From Perna viridis (lineage: Eukaryota), in assembly GCA_037379345.1 (NCBI GenBank), contig CM074524.1, positions 5,677,635 to 5,741,634 on the forward strand: a DNA stretch of 64,000 bases, given 5' to 3'. The first letter of the stretch is position 1, and every line of letters begins with the position of its first letter. Below the pieces are notes generated by a model. That model saw only the letters and a list, made by a program, of their open reading frames with translations. It ran no database searches and was not told the origin of the DNA. A program made the translations under genes and the position numbers. Shown piece after piece: positions 40,901 to 53,111 of this stretch.

Positions 40901-41930
40901 TCATTGAAAAGCAGTTATGTTTATCACATTGATAACTGTACCTGTCCTATAGGATATGATTCCAATAACATCTCCATCCAGTCATTGGTATGCAGTTATG
41001 TTAATCACATTGATAACTGTACCTGTCCTACAGAATATGATTACATTAACACCTCTGTCATTGAAAAGCAGTTATATTTATCACATTGATAACTGTACCT
41101 GTCCTATAGGATATGATTCCAATAACATCTCCATCCAGTCATTGGTATGCAGTTATGTTAATCACATTGATAACTGTACCTGTCCTATAGGATATGATTA
41201 CATTAACACCTCAACCATTGGAATGCATTTGTGTTAATCAAATTGATAACTGTACCTGTCCTATATGATATGATTCCAATAACACCTCCATCCAGTCAAT
41301 GGAATGCAGTTATATTAATCACATTGATCACTGTACCTGTCCTATAGGATATGATTACATTAACACCTCCATCATTGGAATGCAGTTATGTTAATCACAT
41401 TAATAACTGTACCTGTCCTTTAGGATATGATTACATTAACACCTCCATCTAGTCATTGGAATGCAGTTATGTTAATCACATTGATAACTGTACCTGTCCT
41501 ATATGGTGTGATTACAGTAACACCTCCGTCATTGGAATGCAGTTATGTTAATCACATTGATAACTGTACCTGTCCTACAGAATATGATTACATTAACACC
41601 TCCATCATTGGAGTGCAGTTATGTTAATCACATTGATCACTGTACCTGTCCTATAGGATATGATTACATTAACACCCCCATCCAGTCATTGGAATGCAGT
41701 TATATTAATCACATTGATCACTGTGCTTGTCCTATAGGATATGATTACATTAACACCTCCGGCATTGGAATGCAGTTATGTTAATCACATTGATAACTGT
41801 ACCTGTCCTATAGGATATGATTACATTAACACCTCCATCATTGGAATGCAGTTATGTTAATCACATTGATCACTGTACCTGTCCTATAGGATATGATTAC
41901 ATTAACACCTCCGTCATTGGAATGCAGTTA
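37957..41930. repeat. Satellite array of 76/81-bp monomers (~51 copies) with higher-order repeats
   Basis: Monomer GTTATGTTAATCACATTGATAACTGTACCTGTCCTATAGGATATGATTACATTAACACCTCC(ATCCA)GTCATTGGAATGCA; identical ORF-track translations recur at 856 and 547 bp spacing. Confidence 0.98.
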
Positions 41931-42992
41931 AAACCCAATATGACACAAAACTGTATCTGAGTTCCAGGGAATATTTATTTACAAAGAAAACAGTCAAATT
42001 TCCTGTTACTCTCAGTTGAAAACTGTTGAAGTTCGGTAATATTCTGCCTCGAGATTCCATAAAGTCACCAAAGTGATAGAAATACCATCCATTAGTAAGA
42101 CTGTCCTGCTGTCTATGAGTTTGAAGCTTGAAGTTGGTAAATATCTTTGTGAAGAGTTAAATTAAAATTAGCATATCTGTCATGCAATTAAATTACTGGT
42201 CAGTCATTTAAAAGCCACGCGTACGGCCACACGGGTTAAAATGAATTAAATGATCAATTTCACTGAATATTATTGAAAGGAAAACAATATTTGCATCCCT
42301 GCCCTGCTAGATAGTCTGTTTAAAAGAAGTACTTTACAAGTTGATTAAAACTATTTCAAGAAGATGATATAAAAATACATTTACTAGTATTAATTTACAA
42401 ATTTGCGATCGGGTTGTATAATGTATTTATCATTTCAATACACATTTTGGCAGATAAAGATTTTAGAACACTGATCATGACAGTTGCTCGATGTATGTTA
42501 GTAGGTCAGTGATGAAATAACCACGGCTCAGCCGGTCCCGCACATAAATACAACCGTCTTTTAGCAAAATAAAGAGAATTGAAGATGCAACTTACCCAAA
42601 CTTCGAGAATTGTTTTACTGGTAACATGTATGACTTCAGAATTCGTCATTGATTGAAGTGTAATATCTCGGTAAATGCAAACATGAAGTCTCATTTTTTT
42701 ACTCTGTTTACAGGTGCTCTGACGTTTCAAGCTTCTCTGTGACGTCAAAATCGATACAAATAATGCTGTCAGTTTTGTTATGTTGTGTTTCTTTATTTAG
42801 ATGAGGATATATTCAATCGTTAATTTTTATAGATTAAAACTGAGGACTACATTTAATACTATAAATAGTCTTATGTGTTTTCAAAGATTTTGATTACTTC
42901 CGGAAAAAAGTTCTCCGAACTTCAAACGTCATGTATTGTGTGCGTGATCAGGCGTCAACCAGATTTTCAAGAAAACTCCTTAACCTACCCAC

Positions 42993-43345
42993 GTAATCAA
43001 GGAAATCAAGGTTATAGCGGTAATCAAAAGAATGTAATCCAGGGACAAAGACCAGACACGGAAAACAGATACACACAATAAAGAACATAAAGTAAGCTCT
43101 GGCATAACGTATGAGTTGTGATATGAACACTCTATATGCAGGTACTGAAAGGATGTTGCCACAGATGAAAGGAAAGTTGACAGTTTTGAATGAAAAGTCA
43201 TAACTTTTGTCGTAAAGTTTGGCCAAATATTTCCTTTACCATCGTTTAAGTCAAGAAATGGGACTTCCCAGCATTCCCCTACCACAGTGCCTGTAGTATC
43301 TTTATCTCTCAATTTCTATTGGGTAGATGCGATGTATCAAATCAC
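42993..43345 (-). mobile_element. Internally deleted Naiad-like copy forming the right edge of the insertion in pPolB
   Basis: KLYDKSYDFSFKTVNFPFICGNILSVPAYRVFISQLIRYARA fused directly to the distal 3' UTR. Confidence 0.85.
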
Positions 43346-45100
43346 AAGAGTTAAAACGCCACTGTTCTTTCTCCAGCAAATGCATCTCGTTGTTCCAATG
43401 GAGTAACCTTGTCCTTAAAGCCTTTCATATCGACATTATTCGAAATATCAAGATGAAATTCACATTCCAAGGTTGATATGTAACCTTTATGTATGTTTTA
43501 TTTTCTTGAAAATGCTTTATTTCTAAGGCCCGCTGATAAAGATCAGATATCGTCATTTGATTTACTGAATTAAAAGTGTTACGATCAAAACAGTTCTTGC
43601 AACAGTGCCAAAAACAGCCGTGCTATTGGAACACGTTTATATCACAATGTTTAGATTCACGGTAACCATCTATGCGGTATTCTGCTATTTTCGTCTCTCT
43701 TCAGTTTTTAGAATGTTGGATATGTATACATTTTGTTCTATCTATATATTGAAACCATCTTAATGCCTTGATTGAATGTTTTTTGTAAGGTCGATAACCT
43801 TGGATCGGAATGATTCCTATGGCCTCAGGGTATAGAAATTTCTTCCGGAACACAAAATTGCATGCTGATGCTATTGTAATACAAGCATGCCTTGTGTGTG
43901 ACGCATAGATTTGATCTATGTTTGTAAGTACCACAGCTTGATTTATCACAGTTTGTACACTTAAATCCGTATTTTTCAAGATCATTCTGATACCATGCAT
44001 AACATTGGATCAAATCTTATTGTGTCCATTCAAAATCCAAACAGATGTAAAAAGATGAATCGTTGTCATTTCTGTTTCTTTCGAGTCAGATGTATTTTTG
44101 TTTTCATCTACCACAAGACGCATGTAGCAAAGATAATCATCGAAATAATATTTGCATATTTTACAGTACACCTCACCACATTTATTTTTTTGTGCATTTT
44201 TTTAATCACTTTTTGATTACATAGCCAACATCTGTAGTATGATCTGCACGTCGAGTTTCCGTTCTTCGTTTGTTTTGCATGTCACTCGTAACAGCCTGTC
44301 CCTTTGAAATAGCAACAGTACATCGGTGTTGCTCTTAATGTTGATATCCTTTGTGACATTAATAGTAATAGTAGCTCCGATTTAGAAATGCCGGCATGCT
44401 GTTGATAACACCATAATGCTCATCGGGACAATAAAAATATATCTTATTGTGTGATTCTGGTCCATCGCAAATGATACTATATAAACGATCCTTCGATAAC
44501 ACGTTTACTTGTATACCTTCCAAAACTGTTTGAGATAGCATGACTTCGTCAATGCCACATATTTTGACCGAAACATTTGCTTAATGATGTAATACTCGGG
44601 CCATCTGTTCTTGGATCTTATATTCTATACGTATTTCATCCTAGGTTTTGTTCTTATGACTTCTAGCTTTGGCTGTAACTAGGGCTCTGATACAACATAA
44701 ACCATCTCTATTTTGAATTCGTATGATACATTTTTCTCTGATAAGAAGCAATCCAAATATACATAAGTATGTGTTTACCTCTTCCACTAGGCATATCTAC
44801 GTATGTTATCTCTATTTCTAATGAGCTATCCAGTACAAACTCTTCGTATGACTGTAAAACATGTTCTATTTCTTTCGAGAGCGTTTATGTAGAGAGTTGT
44901 GCCACCTCTATAAATAATATAGTTTATAAAAATCCAACTCGGGACATTGGACGGACATTCGAACTAGATCCTTTGGTTTCCATAAATGCTATGATCAATG
45001 AATTCAACACTAGCTGTAAAGTTGTTAAGAGTTTTGACAAATTTCGAACCTATTGTTCTTGACGTGTGACTCAATTTCGGTCCGAATTTTGGAATATTAC
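43346..45100 (-). pseudogene. Polinton/Maverick pPolB, N-terminal and middle part (decayed)
   Basis: ALVTAKARS, HYGVINSMPAFLNRSYY, ITIASACNFVFRKKFL, IGIIPIQGY, HSIKALRWF, HGCFWH, PLEQRDAFAGERT (RDAFxGGRT motif); many stops and frameshifts. Confidence 0.85.
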
Positions 45101-45120
45101 GCACAGTAACAACAGAAAGA

Positions 45121-45465
45121 TCATAAAATCTTTCGGGTGTGTCTTTTTGTCGTCAAACGTTGTTTAATTTGAGTATCATTTACCTCTGAACTTTTTCGTT
45201 TTGACCCTCGTTCAACTTGATTATGAAAGCGTCGCATGTGTAAATGTGAATTATCTTTCCTTAACAAAACCTTACCCCATTCATTACACTGATGTAGAGA
45301 CTCATTTTTTAGTGTATCCAAGTGCCATTCATAATTATCCTTTGTTTTCAAGCTGTTTATGCATTGTATACATTCATATGTTTCATGGTGACTTAAATCT
45401 CTGTGGTGTCTCAGAAGTAAACTCTTCTTGGAAAATTTCATTCCAAAGGTTTGGCAGGTATGTTC
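45121..45465 (-). pseudogene. Decayed C2H2 zinc-finger region upstream of, and probably once fused to, pPolB
   Basis: Three degenerate fingers: HTCQTFGMKFSKKSLLLRHH, YECIQC...YEWHLD and HQCNEWGKVLLRKDNSHLHMRRFH. Confidence 0.7.
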
Positions 45466-45623
45466 CATCTCTGAGTGTTTTCGTTTAAATTGATACCTGT
45501 GCAGAAAGTGATATATATATATATATCTAATTGTTTTATTTCTTAATATATATTGCAAGATCAATATTAATGCCCAATTCACACTTTCAAGCTAAATATG
45601 ATTTCAGCCTATCACGTGTAAAG

Positions 45624-46438
45624 ATGGATATATATTCTCAAGAATGCGATATGGAATTTTCGAGAAAGGACGTTATGTTAAGACATAAACGAAATAAATA
45701 TGGGTTCATTCATCAACAGACAACACAAGATAATGCAAGGCTCCTTTCAAATGTAATTGGTCAAACAGGGATTGTGACGTCATCGATGAAAATAATTCTT
45801 TATAACCTGATGACCAAGCAGAAGAATACCATAACGATCGTGACTATTTTAGTGATATGACGGGCACAAACATGCCATGTAATGATTGCGGTGTTTTGTT
45901 GGATAGCATGCATGATTTGCTGAGACATGTAAACAATTGGTGTCCAGACAATGAAGTCTTAAAGAAAAAAACGAGATTATACTGACGATTTCCAGGATGC
46001 AATTAAGAAAACGGAATAGATAGAATACGATGGTGAAAATTACGATTTCAATTACACTGAAGATATCGTTGAAGAAAACGATGGGTACAAAGGGTTATTA
46101 AATGAGGATGCTGATTCTGTAGAAAAACGTTTGATAAAAAGTGTGATGAATACGTACAGGATGGTATGGATGAACAAGAGGCATGTCTACGAAGTAATGA
46201 AGACATGACTGAATTTGTGAAAGAGCAATTTTTCACACTTTGTTCAAGCTATTTAGAAATAGCTGTTGAACGGCAGCAAAGAAAAAGTCATGAGGAGATC
46301 GTTCATGACATTCAGACATTAATGGAAGACGATGTCAACAAAGACGTGGCGATCAAACGTGTTCTGAGAAAAAGTCGCAAAAACTCTGAAGATCTATTTG
46401 ATAATGATTATTTCAAAATGAATGGAAAAGGAGACTAG
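45624..46438 (+). pseudogene. Decayed Polinton accessory ORF, divergent from pPolB
   Basis: ECDMEFSRKDVMLRHKRNK and CNDCGVLLDSMHDLLRHVNNWCP zinc-finger-like pieces followed by an acidic helical ORF (46166-46438); lies between pPolB and integrase. Confidence 0.55.
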
Positions 46439-46499
46439 ATATCCAAAGAGGAGAATGCAGAGATTGGCGAATAAAAGTTTTCAAATAGCTGCAGAATAT

Positions 46500-47286
46500 A
46501 CGTTATTTCAAAAGACTTCTGTCTACAGATATGGTTACAATGTCAAGAAACCTACAGTATGCAATGTTCATATAGACGTCCTCAAAATGAGTATCATTGT
46601 CGCTGGAATAGACGATCAATGGAGTATAGACTTAGCTAATATGACAAAGTATTCCAAATACTATGATGGTATTAAATATCTCTTAGTGGCTCTTGATTTA
46701 TTCTCAAAATATTTATTGATTCGCAGGCTAAAGGATGAAACTGGTGAATCAGTTTTCTTACATTTATTGGATATATTAAGGGGACTAAGAAGACCAAGTA
46801 AGCTTAGGGGTGACATGGGACAAGAATTTCGATCTTAAAAAAATCAATCCGTCTTACAAATGTACAATATCCGCCATTTCTAATCAAGGAACGAAATAAA
46901 ATCAAGCATATCGGAAAAAAACATTGAAAACCTTAAAATCTCATTTCAAGAGATTCACGACGTACAAGAATAGCTACAGGTACATCGACAAATTGCAAGC
47001 CTTTGCAGACAGCTATATTCACACTCAGTATCGAATTATAGATACGGAACCCAATAATGTTACAAAACAAAATGAAGAGGCTGTGCGATTACCCACATAT
47101 TTCTCAAAACCGCATAAGGAACATTCTAGAACATCGAGGTTTAAATTCAAAATTGGAGATAATGTAAGAATAACATATCTGAGAAACGTTTTTACAAGAG
47201 AGTTCGATCAAAGATGGACTGGGGAGATGTTTCCCATATCAAAGAGGTTTTGGAGAAGCAGTATTCCTTTATACTGTAATAAGTAA
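46500..47286 (+). pseudogene. Polinton/Maverick retroviral-like (DDE) integrase, decayed
   Basis: IDDQWSIDLANM...KYLLVALDLFSKY, RPSKLRGDMGQEF, RYIDKLQAFADSY, KFKIGDNVRI...FTREFDQRWTGE. Confidence 0.9.
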
Positions 47287-49084
47287 TGTTAATACTTTAG
47301 AAAGTGTTGCATACACAACAAATGTGCACCTACCTAGAGTTTCATGGAAATATATTAAAATTCTGAATAAATTATTATTAAAGATGAATTCGGTATTTAG
47401 TTATCGTTTTCCATGCCACATCAATTATTCTGTCACCAGAATACTCAGTTGGTGCTTCTGATTTAGAAACCAGTATGCCAGAGAGAATTAGCCAGTAATT
47501 AGGGGGACCTGTCCATGTATATGCTTTATCTCTGTTAAAACAGCCATGGACATCACCCAATACTGGTTACGTCGAACTAATACGTATTTACTTACTTCAG
47601 ATTCATAAAATTATCATTACCTGTACAAGTATTTAATTATCTCCAAATATTTTGACGTGCCTTCCTTGTCAGAACATGGCACAGGCCAGCAAAAGAGCGT
47701 TGATAGGTTGAATTTTAGAGCAAAGTAATTAAAATAATACTCCAAATAGTGTTAATTATAATCTTTTTTTAAATGATAAAAAGAAAAACAATAATAAATA
47801 TTCTTTAATTACACCAATTACCTTCCGTCATTGAAACTCTATCATTTAACCAAACATTTGACCCTTGAAAGTGGAAGGACATAAGTTAACTAGAATATTA
47901 TTCTATATTAGCTTCTACGGTATATATTAGCTATCATGGGCGAAGTGTGCATCCCCATAGAGGTTCAGAGTACAATGGTAAGGAAGAGGTAAAACGGCAA
48001 ATTACTCTGTTATCACTCGGGGGGTGTGGGGGGGGGGTTGTCATGACTTTCCGTTTTTATGACGGACAAAGTTACAGAGCTATGTCCATTTTTCTCGGCA
48101 ATTAACTTAATCCAAAAATACCAATCATATATATATATTGCAATTGTTGGTATATTGTACACGTGTCTCAAGGAGTGACTCTCATCAGCAGGATACGAAT
48201 CAAATACATAGAAGATCTAAATAAAAAAATAGTGTTTACAAGAAGTACTTTTAAAACCAAACCTATGGAAAAATCTCATTGTGTCAATTTAAATGTGTTT
48301 TGAATCTGGATAAACTACAAACCTGTCCAAACCGACCGAAAGGGGTAAAAGATTTCTTTTTTTATTTTATCCTTTTTGTGCTCTATATTATCGCTCACTT
48401 GTATTTGTATGTTAATAACTCTGTTTTCCTTCCTGCCCTCCTGTTTTCTTCATGAAAAATGATATGATGCTATCGAAACATTTCAGTGCTAGAGATACCA
48501 AACATTTTGTCGACAACATTACAGATAAATTAAAATTAAAATTAATTTATATTCAAAAATATAACATGTGTTCATCTTCAAAGTCAATGTCTATACTGCA
48601 GAAAAACATATATATTCGGACACCTTTATGTAGCGCGTGTCACGGGAACACAATAACTTCAGTACAAAAACACATGCGTGGCTATATCATATCAATAAAA
48701 TTTGACTGCATATTTTGTTAAATTAAAGTCATGACGTTCCCTTTCTACAAATTGGCAATATGAATTCGAAGCTTGCGATTTATTTATAGCTCAGTCCAGT
48801 CCCTGACTATGTAACTATTAGCATATATCTTAAGGTAATTCTATTCCAGTTTTTAAATAAGGGTAACGGTAAAACGAACACATCCGATCCATAATCAAGT
48901 TAAGTCCAACCTAATCTGACAAAATAGATATTACACCATCGGAGTAGCTGGTATCACAATTTTCCTAACTTGGTACAGGCATTTCAAACGAAAATGAATC
49001 TAGGTTTTACAGCGCGCTATACCTCCCTCTTCCATTGCAGCGGGGTGAATATACCATTTTATATATGATATATTGACTCTCGCA

Positions 49085-49752
49085 AGAAAATATCCTAGGG
49101 TGGGTTAATTTATCGCAGCATTGGAATAAAAAATCCTAACAAGGGATCTTTTGCGGAAAGGGGTTAAAATATCGCAGGATGGGGTTTACCAATCCTAACA
49201 GAAGGTAAATTTATAGCAGCAGGGGGGTTAAAATATCACAACGGGGGTAAATTTATCGCAGCAGGGGGGTTAAAACATCTCAGCGAAGGAGGTTTAAAAT
49301 ACCGCATCAGAGAGTTAAAATATCATAATAGGTGTGGAGATAAATTTATCACAGCAAGGGGTAAATTTATCGCAGCAGGGGGTTTAAAATATTAAAGTAG
49401 GGGGTTAAAATATCACAACAGTTGGGTTGTCAATATTTCAAAGCAGGGGTACAAATATCCTAGCAGGGGGTGATTTCTCGCAGCAGGTGGTTAACATATC
49501 GCGGCAATAAGTTACGAAATCCATACAGGGCGTTGAAAATATCGCAGCAGTGGGTTAACCTATAACAAGGGGTAATTTATCGCAGCAGGGGTTAATTTAT
49601 CTAAGGAGGGGGTTGCAATATCGCAGCAAGGGGTGGAAATATCGCAGCAGGAGGTTAAGTAATATAACAGGGGGACTAATGTATCGCCTCAGGGGGCATA
49701 AAATATCATAGCAGGGGGGGGGGGGGTTAATATATCACAGTAGGGGGTAAAT
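49085..49752 (+). repeat. G-rich ~20-22-bp minisatellite
   Basis: Repeated ATCGCAGCAGGGGG(T)TAAAAT / GGGGTAAATTTATC units. Confidence 0.9.
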
Positions 49753-50017
49753 GTGTTTTTTTTTCAAGTTTCTCAAACTTTTTATTTTCTTTTTTACTCA
49801 ACAACCAATCAAGACGTGGGATAAGGGCCCATTAAAGGGATAGTTCAAGGTGTTCAAATATAATATAAATCATTCGGTATTGATTAATCATTTGTTAACC
49901 ACTTCTTGCACTCGTTATTTCAGTACTTTACATTCGCATATGATTTACATAATTATAATATTACTACTCCACATTAATACAAGTCATATTCATACAAATG
50001 TTTTCTACGTCTTTTAC

Positions 50018-50268
50018 GTGTAGGATCGAGGATCAAATTAATGATGCATGTCACAAAAAATCAATATTATACAAACGCTTCAGAATGTGACGACTCTATT
50101 CGCTACACTGCTTCATCGGATCAAATTGATACAGGGAAAACATGTAAACATATAAGAAGGTCTGAAAAATTCCCAACGATGTTTGTCGAATTTGCGATGC
50201 AAATTTTTGGTTGTTCCCTCCAAGGGACTCGAACTTGTACCGCTGTGACATCTATGGCAACACCGCTG
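50018..50268 (-). mobile_element. Partial copy of the Pol III SINE-like element
   Basis: Reverse complement of ~7990-8235. Confidence 0.9.
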
Positions 50269-50857
50269 TTCAAAAAGAATCTTTTTAGTAGATTTTCTAT
50301 TTATACAGGGTTCAGTTAAACAGGTTTCACTGTGCAAATGACAGCTACAGAGAACTGACGATAAGACAAATCATAAAGTGTTTTTCTATGTTGAGTTTTT
50401 TTACTTCGATCATATTACCATGCAACAAATATTTCTAAGATTTGACATCTTTCGTCTTGATAGAGGCATCAAATCTACACTTTTTCAGTTTTCCTGGCAT
50501 ATTTTTAATTGTGCAATCACAAACACGTAACTCAGTAGTTGAGCTTTTTGTCATTCTACCACCACCCAACCCCTATAAAAATATTGTTTTTGTTGTACTT
50601 AATCATTTGCATGTATAAACATTTGTGCTTTATTATAGATTATGTGCTTTTCCGTGATTTTTTCTGCTAACTTGAGAAACCCCAAAGAGGACGGGTGTTA
50701 TTGACTTGCCATTTCTTGCACAACTTGTCAAATCGACATCTTAAATCTTAAACAAATTGGATAAGTGATATGCAAAAGGAAAAGATTGGAACCATTATAA
50801 GCTTGTACTGCTAGTAATTCTACATGAACGATGACTGACACAAAAGTCCATTTAATT

Positions 50858-51108
50858 TACCGTTATTACGTGTACTTTCTAAATTTCCCTTAAGGTTCCT
50901 CAATATACTCACGAAAAAAAGTCATGTCCCGGAAGTAACAAAAAGTGACTGTCCTTACGGAGAAAATTCATCATTTCCTTCAATCAAACAAATAGAAAAA
51001 ATATAGGTTAAGATTACGTTTCAGTAAAAATAAATTTATCTTTTCTGATAGTTTTCAAGTCTTTTTCTAATTTGTTATACTTATTTAAAGAAGTGAATGT
51101 TATGTTAT
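50858..51108 (+). repeat. ~250-bp direct repeat (second copy 51724-51975)
   Basis: TACCGTT.TTACGTGTAC...GTCATGTCCCGGAAGTAACAAAAAGTGACTG...AAAGAAGTGAATGTTATGTT. Confidence 0.95.
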
Positions 51109-51355
51109 TAAAAGAATTATGGTGAATCATTACAACCAAAAACTAGAATACGAAGAGAGTTAAACACTTATGTGCAATACTTTGCCACTAAACAACCAAA
51201 ATGAATTACACGATGAATTAATAAGACAAAGTGGTAAGGAAAAAAAGTGATAAGATAGATAGCACTGTTAGTACTAATTGTTTATTAAGAGAATAACTAA
51301 TACATCTTAACAAATTATATTCCTTTTTTATTTACTAATTTTCGATTTGTTAAAG

Positions 51356-51463
51356 ATACTCCTTGCAGTGGTTCGCCTTGTTTGCACGGTGGGCAATGTG
51401 AAATAGAAAACAGTACCTACAACTGTCAATGTCTGAATGCTTACAGAGGAAGTGATTGCAAAG
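51356..51463 (+). pseudogene. EGF-like domain exon 1 of an EGF-EGF-C-type lectin pseudogene
   Basis: AG|...|GT phase 1-1 exon of 108 nt: TPCSGSPCLHGGQCEIENSTYNCQCLNAYRGSDCK (six-Cys EGF pattern). Confidence 0.9.
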
Positions 51464-52377
51464 GTAAAAACAAAGATATAAGATAATACTTAAAAATAGC
51501 CTCTATATTAGGTCAATACAGATATGTATTGACCAGACCAGAAAAAGAAGTATACATTGTATTTAGGACGGATAAAATAGTTAATGATTTCCCAAATTGA
51601 TGCCAGCTTATATTTAAAATACTGTAAAAATCAATATGTTTTTTGGTGATCTAGTTTTGTACATGTAATGTGGACAATTAATAAATGTTATTTATAGCAA
51701 GCGCCGCGAATTGGTGTGAGGTCTACCGTTGTTACGTGTACCTTCTAAATGTCCCGTAAGGTTTCTCAATATACTCATGAAAAAAGTCATGTCCCGGAAG
51801 TAACAAAAAGTGACTGTCCTTACGGAGAAAATTCATCATTTCCTTCAATCAAACAAATAAAAAAAATATAGGTTAAGATTACGTTTCAGTAAAAACAAAT
51901 TTGTCTTTTCCGATAGTTTTTAAGTCTTTTTCTAATTTGTTATACTTATTCAAAGAAGTGAATGTTATGTTTATAAAAAAACTTCGGGAAGCATGTGGAT
52001 GTACGTACGTGTATATCCGCTGCTCCACTGTTGCTATTGTCAAGAGCCTAACCCGCCTCCGAAAACCATATAACTCCGATTATATTATCAAAATCGAAGC
52101 ATGGCTTTTCTAAGATAGGAAAGGCAATCATTTTCTTGTTTGAAATTTGCAGCTGGCGTCTGAATTTTACGTCACATGATATGTGTAAAATATTCCCACC
52201 ATCTGTGGAGAACTGTAATATTTCCGGTATCTGTACAGATTGATCTGACGGGCCAAAACTGAAATGGATGTTGATAGAGATGTCCTTAAGGGATAAAAAA
52301 ATGTAAAGTATTGCGAAGTTTTAAAGAAAGAAAGAATATCGTTTGGGTAGATCCTACAATCTCAGTTTCCGCTCTGT

Positions 52378-53111
52378 AGATGACGCATTATCCTAATTTC
52401 GGGGATTTGATACATCGCATCTACCCAAAAGAACTTGAGATAAAGGATACTACAGACACTGTGAATCAGACTCATATCTTGACCTACACTTTGAAATCGA
52501 TGGTAAAGGAAAACTATTGACCAAACTTTACGACAAACGCGATGAATTTTCATTCAGAATTGTCAACTTTCCTTTCCTCTGTGGCAACATCCCTGCATCA
52601 CCTGCGTATGGAGTGGTCATATCACAACTCATACGTTATGCCAAAGCTTGACGAAACTACGCAGACTTTTTGTATCGCACTAGAACTCTAATAAATAGGC
52701 TTTTAGAACAGGGTTATGTTGCTTCAAGATTGAGGTCATCACTACAGAAGTTTTATAGTCGTCATCACGAACTCGTGGATCGTTATGGTGTATCCATCAG
52801 CACCATGAGAACTGATTTATTCAACGGGTCATAGTTTTCTTTTCCTCGTTTGTCCATCCCGGACTTGACTTTTTATGAGCAACTCGGCGGGTGTTTCTAG
52901 AAAAGCAGAGGACGCTTACCTACCTTGCACCTGGTCCATGCTCCCAGTTTTTAGTGGAGTCCGAGTTGCTCATTTGCTTTTGTTACTTTGTATGTATGAT
53001 TTAATTACTTTATGTTCTTTGTTGTGTATGTCTGTTTTCTATGTTGGGTATTTTTCCCTGGATTACATTCTTTTGATTACCTCTATAACTTTGGTTCCCT
53101 TGATTACTCTT
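52378..53111 (+). mobile_element. 5'-truncated Naiad-like element with complete 3' UTR
   Basis: From the DD motif to ...TTCAACGGGTCATAG stop and terminus TTGATTACTCTT. Confidence 0.92.

Noticed and set aside
37957-41930. CRISPR array, or Cys-rich repeat protein from the satellite ORFs
   Set aside because: There are no unique spacers and no cas genes. The 76-bp monomer breaks the reading frame, so the ORFs are by-products of the repeat.
47378-47630. ORF GDVHGCFNRDKAYTWTGPPNYW as a gene exon
   Set aside because: Composition looks coding, but there is no recognisable domain, the upstream frame is interrupted and no partner exons were found.
52875-52973. SECIS element and selenocysteine recoding in the Naiad-like element
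   Set aside because: The ATGA pairs canonically with TCAT rather than forming a GA quartet, and in-frame TGA codons are not shared between copies.
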